This document shows, in pieces, positions 49,183-58,685 of a stretch of DNA of 64,000 nt (its first letter is position 1; each line of letters starts with the position of its first letter). The DNA is taken from NCBI GenBank assembly GCA_049521775.1, contig JBEKOL010000010.1, forward strand, positions 9,628-73,627, in the 5' to 3' direction. The translations under genes and the position numbers were made by a program. The notes under the pieces are model-generated. The model saw only the letters and a list, made by a program, of their open reading frames with translations, was not told the DNA's origin and did not search any database. Source of the stretch: Syntrophales bacterium. GTDB lineage: Bacteria > Desulfobacterota > Syntrophia > Syntrophales > UBA2185.

Positions 49183-50108
49183 CAAAAATATCCCTCTTTC
49201 TTCTTCTGTTCCATAGAGGAATCGCTGGTGAGATCGATGACCCGATTTTCACGTTCGGATTTTCTGGCCGCTTCCACTTCCCTGATGATATCGTCAATGT
49301 TTGACGCCGTTGATGGAATTGCGCCCGTACAGGGAATACATCCAAGGCTTCGGAAACGGCACATGACCGTTTCTTTTTTCTCATACCCTGAACCGTTTCT
49401 CATGTCGTTATCAGCCTCTGGAGTCGCTGAAACGGGAATCAGGATGTTGCCGCATCTGGTTATTTCCCGGCTCAAAGCAAAATAAATCGGAACGATGGGA
49501 ATATTTTCCAACTTTATGTAATGCCAGATATCCTGTTCCGTCCAGTTGCTGAGCGGAAAAACCCGCATGGAGGTAGTTTCACCGATTCTCGTATTGTACA
49601 GATCCCACAGTTCAGGTCGCTGATTCTTGGGATCCCACTGGCCGAACTCGTCACGAAGAGAAAATATCCGTTCCTTTGCCCTCGATTTTTCTTCTTCCCT
49701 TCTGGCGCCACCGAAGGCCGCGTCAAACCCGTGCTTTTTCAGTGCATCGAGCAAAGCTCCGGTCTTGAGATAACTGCAACATTTATCAACGCCGATTTTC
49801 AGAGGATGGCACCCCTTCGCGATCCACTCCTCATTTCGTTCAACGATTAGCTGAGCTCCTATTGCCTTGCAGAAGCTGTTACGGAATTCGTACATTTCAG
49901 GAAATTTAAACCCTGTATCGACATGCATCAACGGAAATGGAAATTTTCCGGGATAAAATGCTTTCTGTGCCAGCCGGACCATCACGCTTGAATCTTTCCC
50001 CGCAGAGTAGAGCATGACCGGATTTTTGAATTCAGCCACAACTTCTCTCATGATATGAATGGATTCCGATTCGAGTTGCTTAAGGTATGACAGGCTGTAA
50101 GATTTCAT
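49182..50108 (-). CDS. cysD: Sulfate adenylyltransferase subunit 2
   Basis: YSAGKDS PP-loop, [39 protein letters not shown]. Confidence 0.96.
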   Translation of the reverse strand: MKSYSLSYLKQLESESIHIMREVVAEFKNPVMLYSAGKDSSVMVRLAQKAFYPGKFPFPLMHVDTGFKFPEMYEFRNSFCKAIGAQLIVERNEEWIAKGCHPLKIGVDKCCSYLKTGALLDALKKHGFDAAFGGARREEEKSRAKERIFSLRDEFGQWDPKNQRPELWDLYNTRIGETTSMRVFPLSNWTEQDIWHYIKLENIPIVPIYFALSREITRCGNILIPVSATPEADNDMRNGSGYEKKETVMCRFRSLGCIPCTGAIPSTASNIDDIIREVEAARKSERENRVIDLTSDSSMEQKKKEGYF

Positions 50109-50121
50109 AAATTTTCCCAGA

Positions 50122-50970
50122 TTAACTTATTTCACCACTGATATAGGCCTGCGTTCTTTCGTCCTTTGGAGAGCCAAAAAATGAACTGGCAGGCCCATGC
50201 TCAATCAATTCACCCATATAAAGAAACATAACATAGTCTGCCAACCTCCGTGCCTGGCGAAGGATATGGGTGACCACAACAATCGTATACTTTGCTTTCA
50301 GCAATCTGAATTGCTTCTCAATCAGCGTAGCTGATATAGGATCTAATGCGGAAGTCGGTTCATCGGCAAGAATGGCCTCCGGCTCGACAGCTAGCGCCCT
50401 TGCCAGCGCCAGCCGCTGCTGCTGCCCGACGGAAAGCCGTGCTGCCGGGGCATGTAATCTATCTTTCACTTCATCCCAGAGACCGGCAAGACGAAGATAA
50501 TACTCAACAAGGTGATCAATCTCAGAGTTCTTCTGTGACCGGTCGGATGGAAAAGTAAAATCGGTAAATGATCCGATAATGGCATTATTTTTCTCTATGG
50601 CCTCTATCTGACGGAGAATCTGTTGGCCGTTCATCCTGTGGATTCTGGGTCCGAAGGCGATATTGTCATAGATGGACATCGGCAGCGGATAAGGACGCTG
50701 AGAAAGAAAGCCCACTTTTTTTCTCAGGGCAAGAATATCAGCTTGTGGATCGTAGATGTTTATCCCATCAATCAGCACATCCCCGCTTATATGGACATCC
50801 TCATAGAGATCGAGCAGGCGGTTCAGGCTTTTAAGCAATGTCGTCTTGCCACACCCCGACGGACCTAAAATGGCAATGATCTGACGATCGGGGATATCAA
50901 CCGTTATATTCCGGAGCACTTCATGATTTCCATAGGAAACCGTTAGATTATTCAGGCTAATGTGTGAAAT
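50122..50970 (-). CDS. pstB: Phosphate ABC transporter ATPase
   Basis: [36 protein letters not shown]; frame extends upstream of the track GTG (50919) to ATT 50970. Confidence 0.9.
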   Translation of the reverse strand: MSHISLNNLTVSYGNHEVLRNITVDIPDRQIIAILGPSGCGKTTLLKSLNRLLDLYEDVHISGDVLIDGINIYDPQADILALRKKVGFLSQRPYPLPMSIYDNIAFGPRIHRMNGQQILRQIEAIEKNNAIIGSFTDFTFPSDRSQKNSEIDHLVEYYLRLAGLWDEVKDRLHAPAARLSVGQQQRLALARALAVEPEAILADEPTSALDPISATLIEKQFRLLKAKYTIVVVTHILRQARRLADYVMFLYMGELIEHGPASSFFGSPKDERTQAYISGEIS

Positions 50971-50977
50971 CGAATAT

Positions 50978-51826
50978 CTACCTTACAATATATTTTGAAA
51001 AGCGCCATCCCAGGATCCGGGAAATAATATTTACCAATAGCACAATGAACAGTAAGATAAGCGCCGATGTATAAGCCCTGTCTTGTACTTCAGGAATAGG
51101 TGTAGCAGATTGGAAAAATACAGCAAGGGGCAGAGAAGCTACCGGATCTAATAGTGAACCAGGCATATAATCGGTATACCCAGTCGTAAAGAGAATGGAT
51201 GCTGCGTCACCAATACCGCGTCCAAAGGCAAGTAAAACCGCTGTGATCATTCCCGGCAGTGCCTGCCTCAAGACAACAGAAACAGTTGTTTCAATCTTTG
51301 TTGTTCCGAGGGAGTATGAGACTTCCTTAAGCTCTAAAGGAACTGTCCTTATCACTTCTTCCATTGACCTTATCATAATGGGAAGCATCAGAAGAGTTAA
51401 AACAATAATCCCCCCGAGCAAAGACGCTCTAAGTCCGAAATATACCATGACAACAAATCCGAAAGCGCCGTAGACGATAGATGGCATACCCCAGAGTATA
51501 TCCAGGACAAGTCTGGTACAATTGGCAACGAGATGCCCGGCATACTCGCGCTGAATTGCAAAGGCAACGGGTAGACTCAGGATGATGGAAAGGAATGAGG
51601 CGCCGAATGCAAGATATAAAGACCCTACGATGGCATTGGCAATACCTCCTTCTTTCCCCAGGTAGTATCCGCCCTTTGGTGTATCTATAATCATAGACAG
51701 ACTGAGAGCCGATATTCCCTTCACGACAATTACGAATATGATACCGGCAAGGGCCGTCAAGATCAGCCCCAGTGAGATAATCATCAATCCCTTAAACAGG
51801 TTTTCTTCCAGTCTTCTCGCTTTCAT
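50978..51826 (-). CDS. pstA: Phosphate ABC transporter permease
   Basis: GGIANAIVGS, GMPSIVYG, EAA-like loop VPLELKEVSYSLG. Confidence 0.9.
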   Translation of the reverse strand: MKARRLEENLFKGLMIISLGLILTALAGIIFVIVVKGISALSLSMIIDTPKGGYYLGKEGGIANAIVGSLYLAFGASFLSIILSLPVAFAIQREYAGHLVANCTRLVLDILWGMPSIVYGAFGFVVMVYFGLRASLLGGIIVLTLLMLPIMIRSMEEVIRTVPLELKEVSYSLGTTKIETTVSVVLRQALPGMITAVLLAFGRGIGDAASILFTTGYTDYMPGSLLDPVASLPLAVFFQSATPIPEVQDRAYTSALILLFIVLLVNIISRILGWRFSKYIVR

Positions 51827-51828
51827 TT

Positions 51829-52716
51829 TTATGACGCCTGCCTTCCCATCCGCAATAGTGTGAGATGGGCCATCAGACTAAAACCCCCTACAACGAGGAG
51901 CAGAATGAGAGCGGCAAGCAACATTGCAGAATCATAGAGAGGTATTGACATCATCTCGCCGTAATTGTTAGCAATTAGGGCCGGCAGCGGATATGCCGGG
52001 TCAAAAACCGATGCCGGAACTTGAGCAACATTTCCCACAACCATTAAAACAGCAATTGTTTCACCAAAGGCACGGGCAAACCCCATAATGACGGCAGCAA
52101 AAATGCCACGTCGCGCACTCTTTAAAATAACATGCCTGACTGCCTCCCACTTCGTCGTTCCCAATGCAAGGGCATTCTCGCGTGCCTCAATAGGAATCAT
52201 CCTGAGTACTTCCAAAGAAAGAGAAATAATGAAAGGGGACACCATAACCGCAAGAATGACACCGCCCGCAAGGAGGCTGTATCCCGTTGTCGTGTTACCT
52301 AGGGCATTGCCAACGAGCCGCACAAATGGCACAACCACAATGACGCCACAGAGCCCATAAATGACGGAAGGAATGCCCGCCAGTATGTCAATAGCGAGAC
52401 GAGCAAATTCTCTGAATCTCATATTCGCATATTCCGAAAGATAAATTGCACTTAACAGACATACGGGAATTGATAGAATCATCGCTATGGCGGTCACTTC
52501 CAGGGTACTTATAATGAATGGATAAAAACCAAAGTGGCCTTTTAAGGGGTGCCAATCAGAGGAAAACAGAAGTTCAACGATGGATATCTTGTCGAGAATC
52601 GGTTTTGATTTAAAAAAAAGTGTTATTATTATAATGAATGCAATTGCGTTTACAAGAACCAGACTTAAACGCAATATGCCACTGGCAAAAAGATCTTTTA
52701 TTTGCCTCCACGTCAT
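51829..52716 (-). CDS. pstC: Phosphate ABC transporter permease
   Basis: AIYLSEY, LAGIPSVIYG, ALALGTTKWE, ARAFGETIAV. Confidence 0.92.
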   Translation of the reverse strand: MTWRQIKDLFASGILRLSLVLVNAIAFIIIITLFFKSKPILDKISIVELLFSSDWHPLKGHFGFYPFIISTLEVTAIAMILSIPVCLLSAIYLSEYANMRFREFARLAIDILAGIPSVIYGLCGVIVVVPFVRLVGNALGNTTTGYSLLAGGVILAVMVSPFIISLSLEVLRMIPIEARENALALGTTKWEAVRHVILKSARRGIFAAVIMGFARAFGETIAVLMVVGNVAQVPASVFDPAYPLPALIANNYGEMMSIPLYDSAMLLAALILLLVVGGFSLMAHLTLLRMGRQAS

Positions 52717-52743
52717 GACTTATATATCTACCTATTACCCACC

Positions 52744-55700
52744 TTAATAGCCCACAGAACCTGTCATATTTGTCAGTGTTCCAGTGCTATTTCGCAATGT
52801 CCCCATCAGAACGATATTGGAAGAGGGATAGGTAATATGCAAACGGAAATTACCCGTTGCAAGGTTTGCTCCCACCACATTGCCCAAATCGGAGATAGAT
52901 AACCTTGCCGTGGATTTGCCCGCCAGCGAACTTACAAGGATAGAATTTGCCGTCCCCATGACGCTTCCATCCAAAGTATATACCGTACCACGGACCTGAA
53001 ACGGACTGCTTGAGAAGTTTGTAATACGAATGAACGCTGCATCAGCACTTGTAGAGCCGGGCATAAAATAAAGATCCGAAGTTGCGCTTTCGCTCATGTT
53101 TACCAGATCACCTGTAGCGTTCATAATCCAACCCATAACCACCAATCCGGAAGTGGGAGATGTAATCTCTAAACGAACGCTATTGCTCAGAGGAGAGGAA
53201 CCAATCCTTCCTTCCAGATCAGCAGCCGACAAAATCACAGTCTGTTGCGATGCCAAAGAACTAACAAGAATAGAATCGGCAGTACCTGCCACCGATCCAT
53301 CAAGCTTATAAACAGTCCCTCTCACTTGCACAGCGGCGCTCGTTGTATTGGTAATTCGAACGTATCCTACATCGGAAGCTGCGGAACCAGGAATATGGAA
53401 AACCATATTATTTGTGATGGCAGAACTCATGTTCTCCAGCGTCCCCGCTGCTGTCCGAATCACACCCATAATAGCCACACCGGAGGTTGATGAGGTCGTA
53501 TCCAGGCGGGCACGGTTTGTCCATGGAGAACAATTCACCAGCCTCTCCAGGTCGGCTGCAGCTAATACTTTTGTCTCTTTAGGAGCCAGGGAACTCACGA
53601 GGACAGAGTTGGCGGTCCCCAAAATATATCCATCCTTATGGTATAATGTACCATTGACCTGCGTAGAAGACGTGTCCGACTTATTGGTAATCCTTATGGA
53701 CGCCTGATCGACATTCCCGGACCCTGGTATGTTATACAGACTCGCAGTTGTCGTATTACTCATGTTCGTCATGGTACCGCTGTAACTCCGAAAGGTCCCC
53801 ATAAGAACAACACCGGAACTGGGAGAGGTGATTTCGAGACGGGCACCGCCATTCCAGGATGAAACACCCACTATGCCCGCCAATTGAGACGGCGTTAGAT
53901 GTCCTGTCTCATTAGGAGCCAAGGAACTGAATAAAGTCACGCTGGCACTCCCCAGAACTGCACCACTCTGGTTATACAAAATTCCCTTCACTCCCGTTGA
54001 ACTGCTTGATGTATTCGTTATTCTGACTGCACCGGAATCCGTAACGGATGGAGAGGGAATATTGTTGAGGAAGGGGGGCGATGGTACTGAATCAGATTGA
54101 ATGATTAAATCGTTTCCCGCCACCGCAACGAAGGTATTGTTGCCAAAAGTTACACCATTGAATGAATTCGCTGTCCCGGAGCTGCGGCTTGTCCACGTGA
54201 TACCGTCCGGTGTCGTAATGACGACGCCGGAGATCCCCGCCGCAACAAAGGTGTTGTTCCCAAAAGCTACGCCATTGAGCGAATTCGATGTCCCGGAGTT
54301 GTGGCTTGTCCACGTGATCCCATCGGAAGACGTTATGACCGTGCCGTAGCCTCCTACCGCAACGAAGGTATTCTTGCCAAAAGTTACACCATTGAACGAA
54401 TTCGATGTCCCGGAGCTTCTGTTTGTCCATGTAGCTCCATCAGGAGAGGTTATTACTGTGCCGGCGCCTCCCACGGCAATATACATGTTATTGCCATAGG
54501 TCACACTATTAAGTACATTCGTTGTGCCGGAGCTTCTTGCTGTCCACGCAACTCCGTCAGGAGAGGTTATTACTGTGCCGACGCTTCCCACGGCAATATA
54601 CATGTTATTGCCATAGATCACGCTATTGAGTGCATTTGTACTGGAGTTGCTATTTCTCCACACGATCCCGTCGGAAGAGGTCACTACCGTACCGGCACCC
54701 CCTGCAGCAACAAAGGTATTACTGCCATAAGTAACAGCACTTAGAATACTCGTTATCCCCGAACTTCTGGCTGTCCATACAATTCCGTCGGGAGACGTTC
54801 GGACCGCACCAGAACCTCCTACAGCAACAAAAGCATTATTGCCATAAGTAACAGCACTTAGATTGCTCATCGCTCCTACACCTCTACTCACCCAGGCAAT
54901 CCCGTCCGAAGAGGTAAGGATTGTGCCAGAATTTCCTACAGCAACAAAAGTATTTCCGCCGTAGGTAACTCCATTAAGTATATTAGATATTCCCGAGGTT
55001 CTGGTTGTCCATGTGAATCCGTCAGGGGATGTATACACTGCGCCGGAGCTTCCCACGGCAACAAAAGTATTTCCGCCGTAGGTCACGCCGCCGAATGCAT
55101 TCGTCGGGCCTGAAGCACTGTTATTCCATGTAATCCCGTCAGTAGATACGATGACTGTGCTGGAGCTTCCCACAGCAACAAAAGTATTTCCACCGTAGGC
55201 CACCCCGCTGAGTGCATTCGTCGTCCCCGAAGTCCTGGCCGTCCATGCAATACCGTTAGGAGAAGTAAGTACCTTACCAGAAACTCCAACGGCAACAAAG
55301 GTGCTATTGGCATAGGACACGCCATTGAGTGCATTCGCCGTCCCAGAAACTTGGGACGTCCATGTGATACCATCGGGAGAGGTAAGCGCTGTCCCGGAGC
55401 CTCCCACGGCAACAAAGGTGCTATTGCCATAGGTCACGCCACTGAGTGTATTCGTCGTCCCCGAACTTCTATTTGCCCATGTGATACCATCTGAAGAAGT
55501 CATTACCGCACCGGATACTCCCACGGCAACAAAGGTGCTATTGGCATAGGTCACGCCGTTAAGCGTATTCGTTGTTCCCGAGGTTATATTTGTCCATGTG
55601 ATCCCGTCAGGCGAAGTAAGTATTGTGCCGAAGCTTCCCACAGCAACAAAAGTATTGTTGCCATATGTGACTTGATTTAGATCATTTCCTGTTGGCATTG

Positions 55701-55842
55701 GATTTCTCACGTGCCAGTTATCGAGCGGATCTGCATGTAAGGCCGGTGGAACAATTAACATCACCACGAAATAGATTAATAGAAACAGATTCATGAATAA
55801 ATGCCCACCCCTTTTGGCATTTGAAGAGACCTTTTTCCCCAT
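52744..55842 (-). CDS. Secreted Ser/Thr/Gly-rich repeat protein: 14 Asp-box (BNR) repeats plus 4 beta-rich C-terminal repeats
   Basis: AGGAGG SD, signal peptide ending ALHA, 39-aa repeats VTYGxxTFVAVGxxGxxxTSxDGITW, then four ~110-aa repeats xPG..D...RITN. Confidence 0.85.
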   Translation of the reverse strand: MGKKVSSNAKRGGHLFMNLFLLIYFVVMLIVPPALHADPLDNWHVRNPMPTGNDLNQVTYGNNTFVAVGSFGTILTSPDGITWTNITSGTTNTLNGVTYANSTFVAVGVSGAVMTSSDGITWANRSSGTTNTLSGVTYGNSTFVAVGGSGTALTSPDGITWTSQVSGTANALNGVSYANSTFVAVGVSGKVLTSPNGIAWTARTSGTTNALSGVAYGGNTFVAVGSSSTVIVSTDGITWNNSASGPTNAFGGVTYGGNTFVAVGSSGAVYTSPDGFTWTTRTSGISNILNGVTYGGNTFVAVGNSGTILTSSDGIAWVSRGVGAMSNLSAVTYGNNAFVAVGGSGAVRTSPDGIVWTARSSGITSILSAVTYGSNTFVAAGGAGTVVTSSDGIVWRNSNSSTNALNSVIYGNNMYIAVGSVGTVITSPDGVAWTARSSGTTNVLNSVTYGNNMYIAVGGAGTVITSPDGATWTNRSSGTSNSFNGVTFGKNTFVAVGGYGTVITSSDGITWTSHNSGTSNSLNGVAFGNNTFVAAGISGVVITTPDGITWTSRSSGTANSFNGVTFGNNTFVAVAGNDLIIQSDSVPSPPFLNNIPSPSVTDSGAVRITNTSSSSTGVKGILYNQSGAVLGSASVTLFSSLAPNETGHLTPSQLAGIVGVSSWNGGARLEITSPSSGVVLMGTFRSYSGTMTNMSNTTTASLYNIPGSGNVDQASIRITNKSDTSSTQVNGTLYHKDGYILGTANSVLVSSLAPKETKVLAAADLERLVNCSPWTNRARLDTTSSTSGVAIMGVIRTAAGTLENMSSAITNNMVFHIPGSAASDVGYVRITNTTSAAVQVRGTVYKLDGSVAGTADSILVSSLASQQTVILSAADLEGRIGSSPLSNSVRLEITSPTSGLVVMGWIMNATGDLVNMSESATSDLYFMPGSTSADAAFIRITNFSSSPFQVRGTVYTLDGSVMGTANSILVSSLAGKSTARLSISDLGNVVGANLATGNFRLHITYPSSNIVLMGTLRNSTGTLTNMTGSVGY
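54090..55700 (-). repeat. ~117-bp coding repeat array, 14 units
   Basis: Counted from the translation; neighbouring units are similar at DNA level. Confidence 0.85.
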
Positions 55843-56011
55843 CTCAATAGCCCTCCTTTTTTTGCTGACCTTTGACGTTAATAGAAAAATTTAACGAAGA
55901 TTAACCTTAAAAACACGCTGGAAATAATTAGTATTCTCTGACCAATCTCCACTGCGAAACTGAAATGGTTTCACGACTTATAATAAATTATCCCCTGTCA
56001 GGTTTATCTTT

Positions 56012-57007
56012 TTATTTCCCAAGCTTTTCAAGAGCTTCTTTTATCTGGATTTGAGGAAGGTTTATATATCCTACCTCCTCAACATATTTTTGTCCATCGA
56101 CTAATATCCATTTGACAAATTCTCTAACAACCCCTTTAAATTCCACTTTTGTAATAAGATATAAATCTCTTGCGGGTGGTGACGGGTACTTCTTAGCAAC
56201 AACTGCGCTGATGGCTTTCTGCTTTGTACTTAGATCTTCTTCAGGATCGATCTTTCCATTTTCATTCACATCTATCGGCAAAACTCGCAGCCCGCTCACT
56301 GGTAGACCTGTCTTGACATCATAGGCATAGTTGAGATTGTTGTAACCAATGCCGAGGGGGTCTTTCTTAATGGCTTCTGCCACGCCTGGATCGCCATAGA
56401 CACCCACGCCCTTGAGGTCTTCCTGTTTTCCACCAAGGTATCGTGCCCATGTTTCCGCGGCGCCACAAGAATCAGACCTTGTATACACCTGAATCCGGTC
56501 TTTATTAGATGGCGCCCCGATAATCGCCCCCCATGTCAATGTCTTTCCACCTATCCAGAGCTCCACAAAGACTTTTTTCATGACACCTTTTTCCATGAGG
56601 CCTTTCGTCAGCATGGGGTTCTTATCATTGATCGTCAGGAATACGGCATCCTTAACGACGGGCACATAGAAAGCGCCCTGCTTAACCTCTTCAGGTCTTA
56701 CTTCTCTTGACACCATGCCGATATCCACGAGACCGGCAAGGGCATCAGCCGCACCTTTGCCGGCGCCTCCGGCAGAGACATCAATCCTCACCTTCGGATG
56801 AATTTTTCCGAACTCTTCACCCCATTTGATCATCATCGGATACATAGCCCAGGCGCCGGAGACCCTGATTGTCCCTTGCAGTCCAGTGACACCTGACTCA
56901 GACTTCGATCCTGTTACATCTCTGCCCTTCTTTTCACAGCCTATCATGCAAAAGAGGAGCGCGATAGAACAAAGGCAACCAACAACAGCCAATCGAAAAT
57001 GTTTCAT
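56012..57007 (-). CDS. pstS: Phosphate-binding lipoprotein (PstS-like)
   Basis: Lipobox-like MIGC, ISAGGAGKG-type motif VSAGGAGKG, DIGMVSR, YPSPPARDLY; upstream of pstCAB. Confidence 0.85.
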   Translation of the reverse strand: MKHFRLAVVGCLCSIALLFCMIGCEKKGRDVTGSKSESGVTGLQGTIRVSGAWAMYPMMIKWGEEFGKIHPKVRIDVSAGGAGKGAADALAGLVDIGMVSREVRPEEVKQGAFYVPVVKDAVFLTINDKNPMLTKGLMEKGVMKKVFVELWIGGKTLTWGAIIGAPSNKDRIQVYTRSDSCGAAETWARYLGGKQEDLKGVGVYGDPGVAEAIKKDPLGIGYNNLNYAYDVKTGLPVSGLRVLPIDVNENGKIDPEEDLSTKQKAISAVVAKKYPSPPARDLYLITKVEFKGVVREFVKWILVDGQKYVEEVGYINLPQIQIKEALEKLGK

Positions 57008-57025
57008 TTGTGTTCCCTGCTGTTT

Positions 57026-57859
57026 TTACTTCACTTTTTTTGAACTGCTCCCCGGGTTGCACTCACGCTGGAAGATGGTCTCCATGTGCGCGTCAATTTT
57101 CATCCAGCCTGAGAAAGGAAAAGCCTGTCCGTCCAGTTTCATATCTTTATCATCATAATCAAATTGCCCTTGGAAGCGATATTGTCTCTTGATACAGTCA
57201 ATGTCCAACTCAAAAATCGAATATTTCAAGTTCTCATATCCTTTATTCGGCAAACTTCTTTTTTTTCTTCCTTCCATGTAGGTCTCTTTTTCCTCATCAT
57301 TGCAGAATAACTTTGTGCGAACGGCAATCACATATTTAGCCTTCGGAGCTTCCTGAGCATAGAGACTTTCAATAACTAGGCGATTGAGTCTTTTTATGTT
57401 GTTTTGCTCATCCTCGCTCAGGTTTTGAAAATTCTTTGATCTGTACCGACTCGTTAAATGGACAATTTCTTTTATTTCTGGTGTGTACATAAAAATCTCT
57501 TTCTTCTCGAGCACCTTATCGAAAAAATTGGGAATCTTTAGTATTCCGTTGAGATACTCCAGTGTATTTTCAGGCGCATTTACAGAGATATTGTAACCAT
57601 CCGCCTTAACAGCCCTATAGAGTTTATCTGCCGTAAGGGATCCTTGAAATTCTTTTGCAACAAAGTCTATGGAAACGATACTGCCGTCGAGCACTTTTGT
57701 GAAACTTTCATCATATAGATTTTGACATTCTTTGTCCTGCTCCTGGTAAAAACATGTCCATTGCGTGCTCTTGATAGCCGGCGTACACCCGGAAAGCACG
57801 GCGAAACAGATGAAAAGACTGATGATCAATTTGGCTGAAATTACATTTAATCCTCTCAT
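57026..57859 (-). CDS. Hypothetical lipoprotein
   Basis: GGGAGG SD, lipobox LSGC; C-terminal DIDC..RQYR..YD resembles surface-adhesin-E-like domains (recollection, not verified). Confidence 0.7.
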   Translation of the reverse strand: MRGLNVISAKLIISLFICFAVLSGCTPAIKSTQWTCFYQEQDKECQNLYDESFTKVLDGSIVSIDFVAKEFQGSLTADKLYRAVKADGYNISVNAPENTLEYLNGILKIPNFFDKVLEKKEIFMYTPEIKEIVHLTSRYRSKNFQNLSEDEQNNIKRLNRLVIESLYAQEAPKAKYVIAVRTKLFCNDEEKETYMEGRKKRSLPNKGYENLKYSIFELDIDCIKRQYRFQGQFDYDDKDMKLDGQAFPFSGWMKIDAHMETIFQRECNPGSSSKKVK

Positions 57860-57892
57860 ATATATGGTTCCTCCCGCATTTTGTTTTTAATA

Positions 57893-58681
57893 TTATAATT
57901 TGTTGCGTATCTTCAACCAGGCCAGGCAGAGATATTCATAGATTGCATTTTCAGCTTTACCGAGACCTCTTGTCGACGGGATATAATCTTCCGGGCTCGA
58001 ACTCTGCCTTTTTGTTACCCGATAATTAGTGGGAGCAGGAATCGGATCCAGCCCTACTTTCTTAAAAAGGGCCACCGAGCGAGGCATATGGGATGCCGAA
58101 GTCACCAGGACAAACCGGTCCTTCCCGACAATATTTTTAATGAATTGCGCCTGATCTTCCGTATCTTTAGACGTCTTTTCCAGCACCAAATCATGGCGAT
58201 TGACGTTCATGATTTCGGCCACTTTTGCTTCTGTCTCCACCTCAGGTACAGGATCAAAAACGGCTCCTCCCGCAAGAACTATCCTGCTCCCCGGAAATTT
58301 CCGGTAAAGGCGAACCCCTTCCGTCAAACGAATCATAGAGCCGGGTGAAATCTGACTTGTCACAGGAACATTCGGATCGGATACGTGGCCGCCGCCCAGC
58401 ACAACAATCCACCTGACATTAGATAATTCGTTGCGACTATGTTGACCGGCCATCTGGTCAAGCATCAGAGGCGGATAGTGATCTTCAAGCGGTTTCAAAA
58501 GCCGATCCGACACCTGACTGAAACTCAACAACAAAAGAACGATGGTGCCCGCAGAAACCATGATTTTACCTGCCCTTTGCCTTTTCGTGAACCACAGCAA
58601 AAACAATCCGACCAGCAGCAGCAAAAAGGATAAGGGGATGGGCGACAAAAGAAGTGAAATCATTTTATTAAAGAAAAACAT
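57893..58681 (-). CDS. elyC: Envelope biogenesis factor ElyC (YdcF/DUF218)
   Basis: Two N-terminal TM segments, IVVLGGG, LVTSASHMPRS, PIPAPTN, YEYL. Confidence 0.85.
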   Translation of the reverse strand: MFFFNKMISLLLSPIPLSFLLLLVGLFLLWFTKRQRAGKIMVSAGTIVLLLLSFSQVSDRLLKPLEDHYPPLMLDQMAGQHSRNELSNVRWIVVLGGGHVSDPNVPVTSQISPGSMIRLTEGVRLYRKFPGSRIVLAGGAVFDPVPEVETEAKVAEIMNVNRHDLVLEKTSKDTEDQAQFIKNIVGKDRFVLVTSASHMPRSVALFKKVGLDPIPAPTNYRVTKRQSSSPEDYIPSTRGLGKAENAIYEYLCLAWLKIRNKL

Positions 58682-58685
58682 CTTT

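Noticed and set aside
54090-55700. 117-bp periodic repeats as a possible CRISPR or DGR template array
   Set aside because: They encode protein repeats with synonymous variation; no reverse transcriptase or cas gene in the window.
55878-55910. TTAAC repeats upstream of the repeat-protein gene as a Pho box
   Set aside because: Spacing is 10 and 13 bp rather than a clean 11-bp repeat, and the context is AT-rich; too weak to call.
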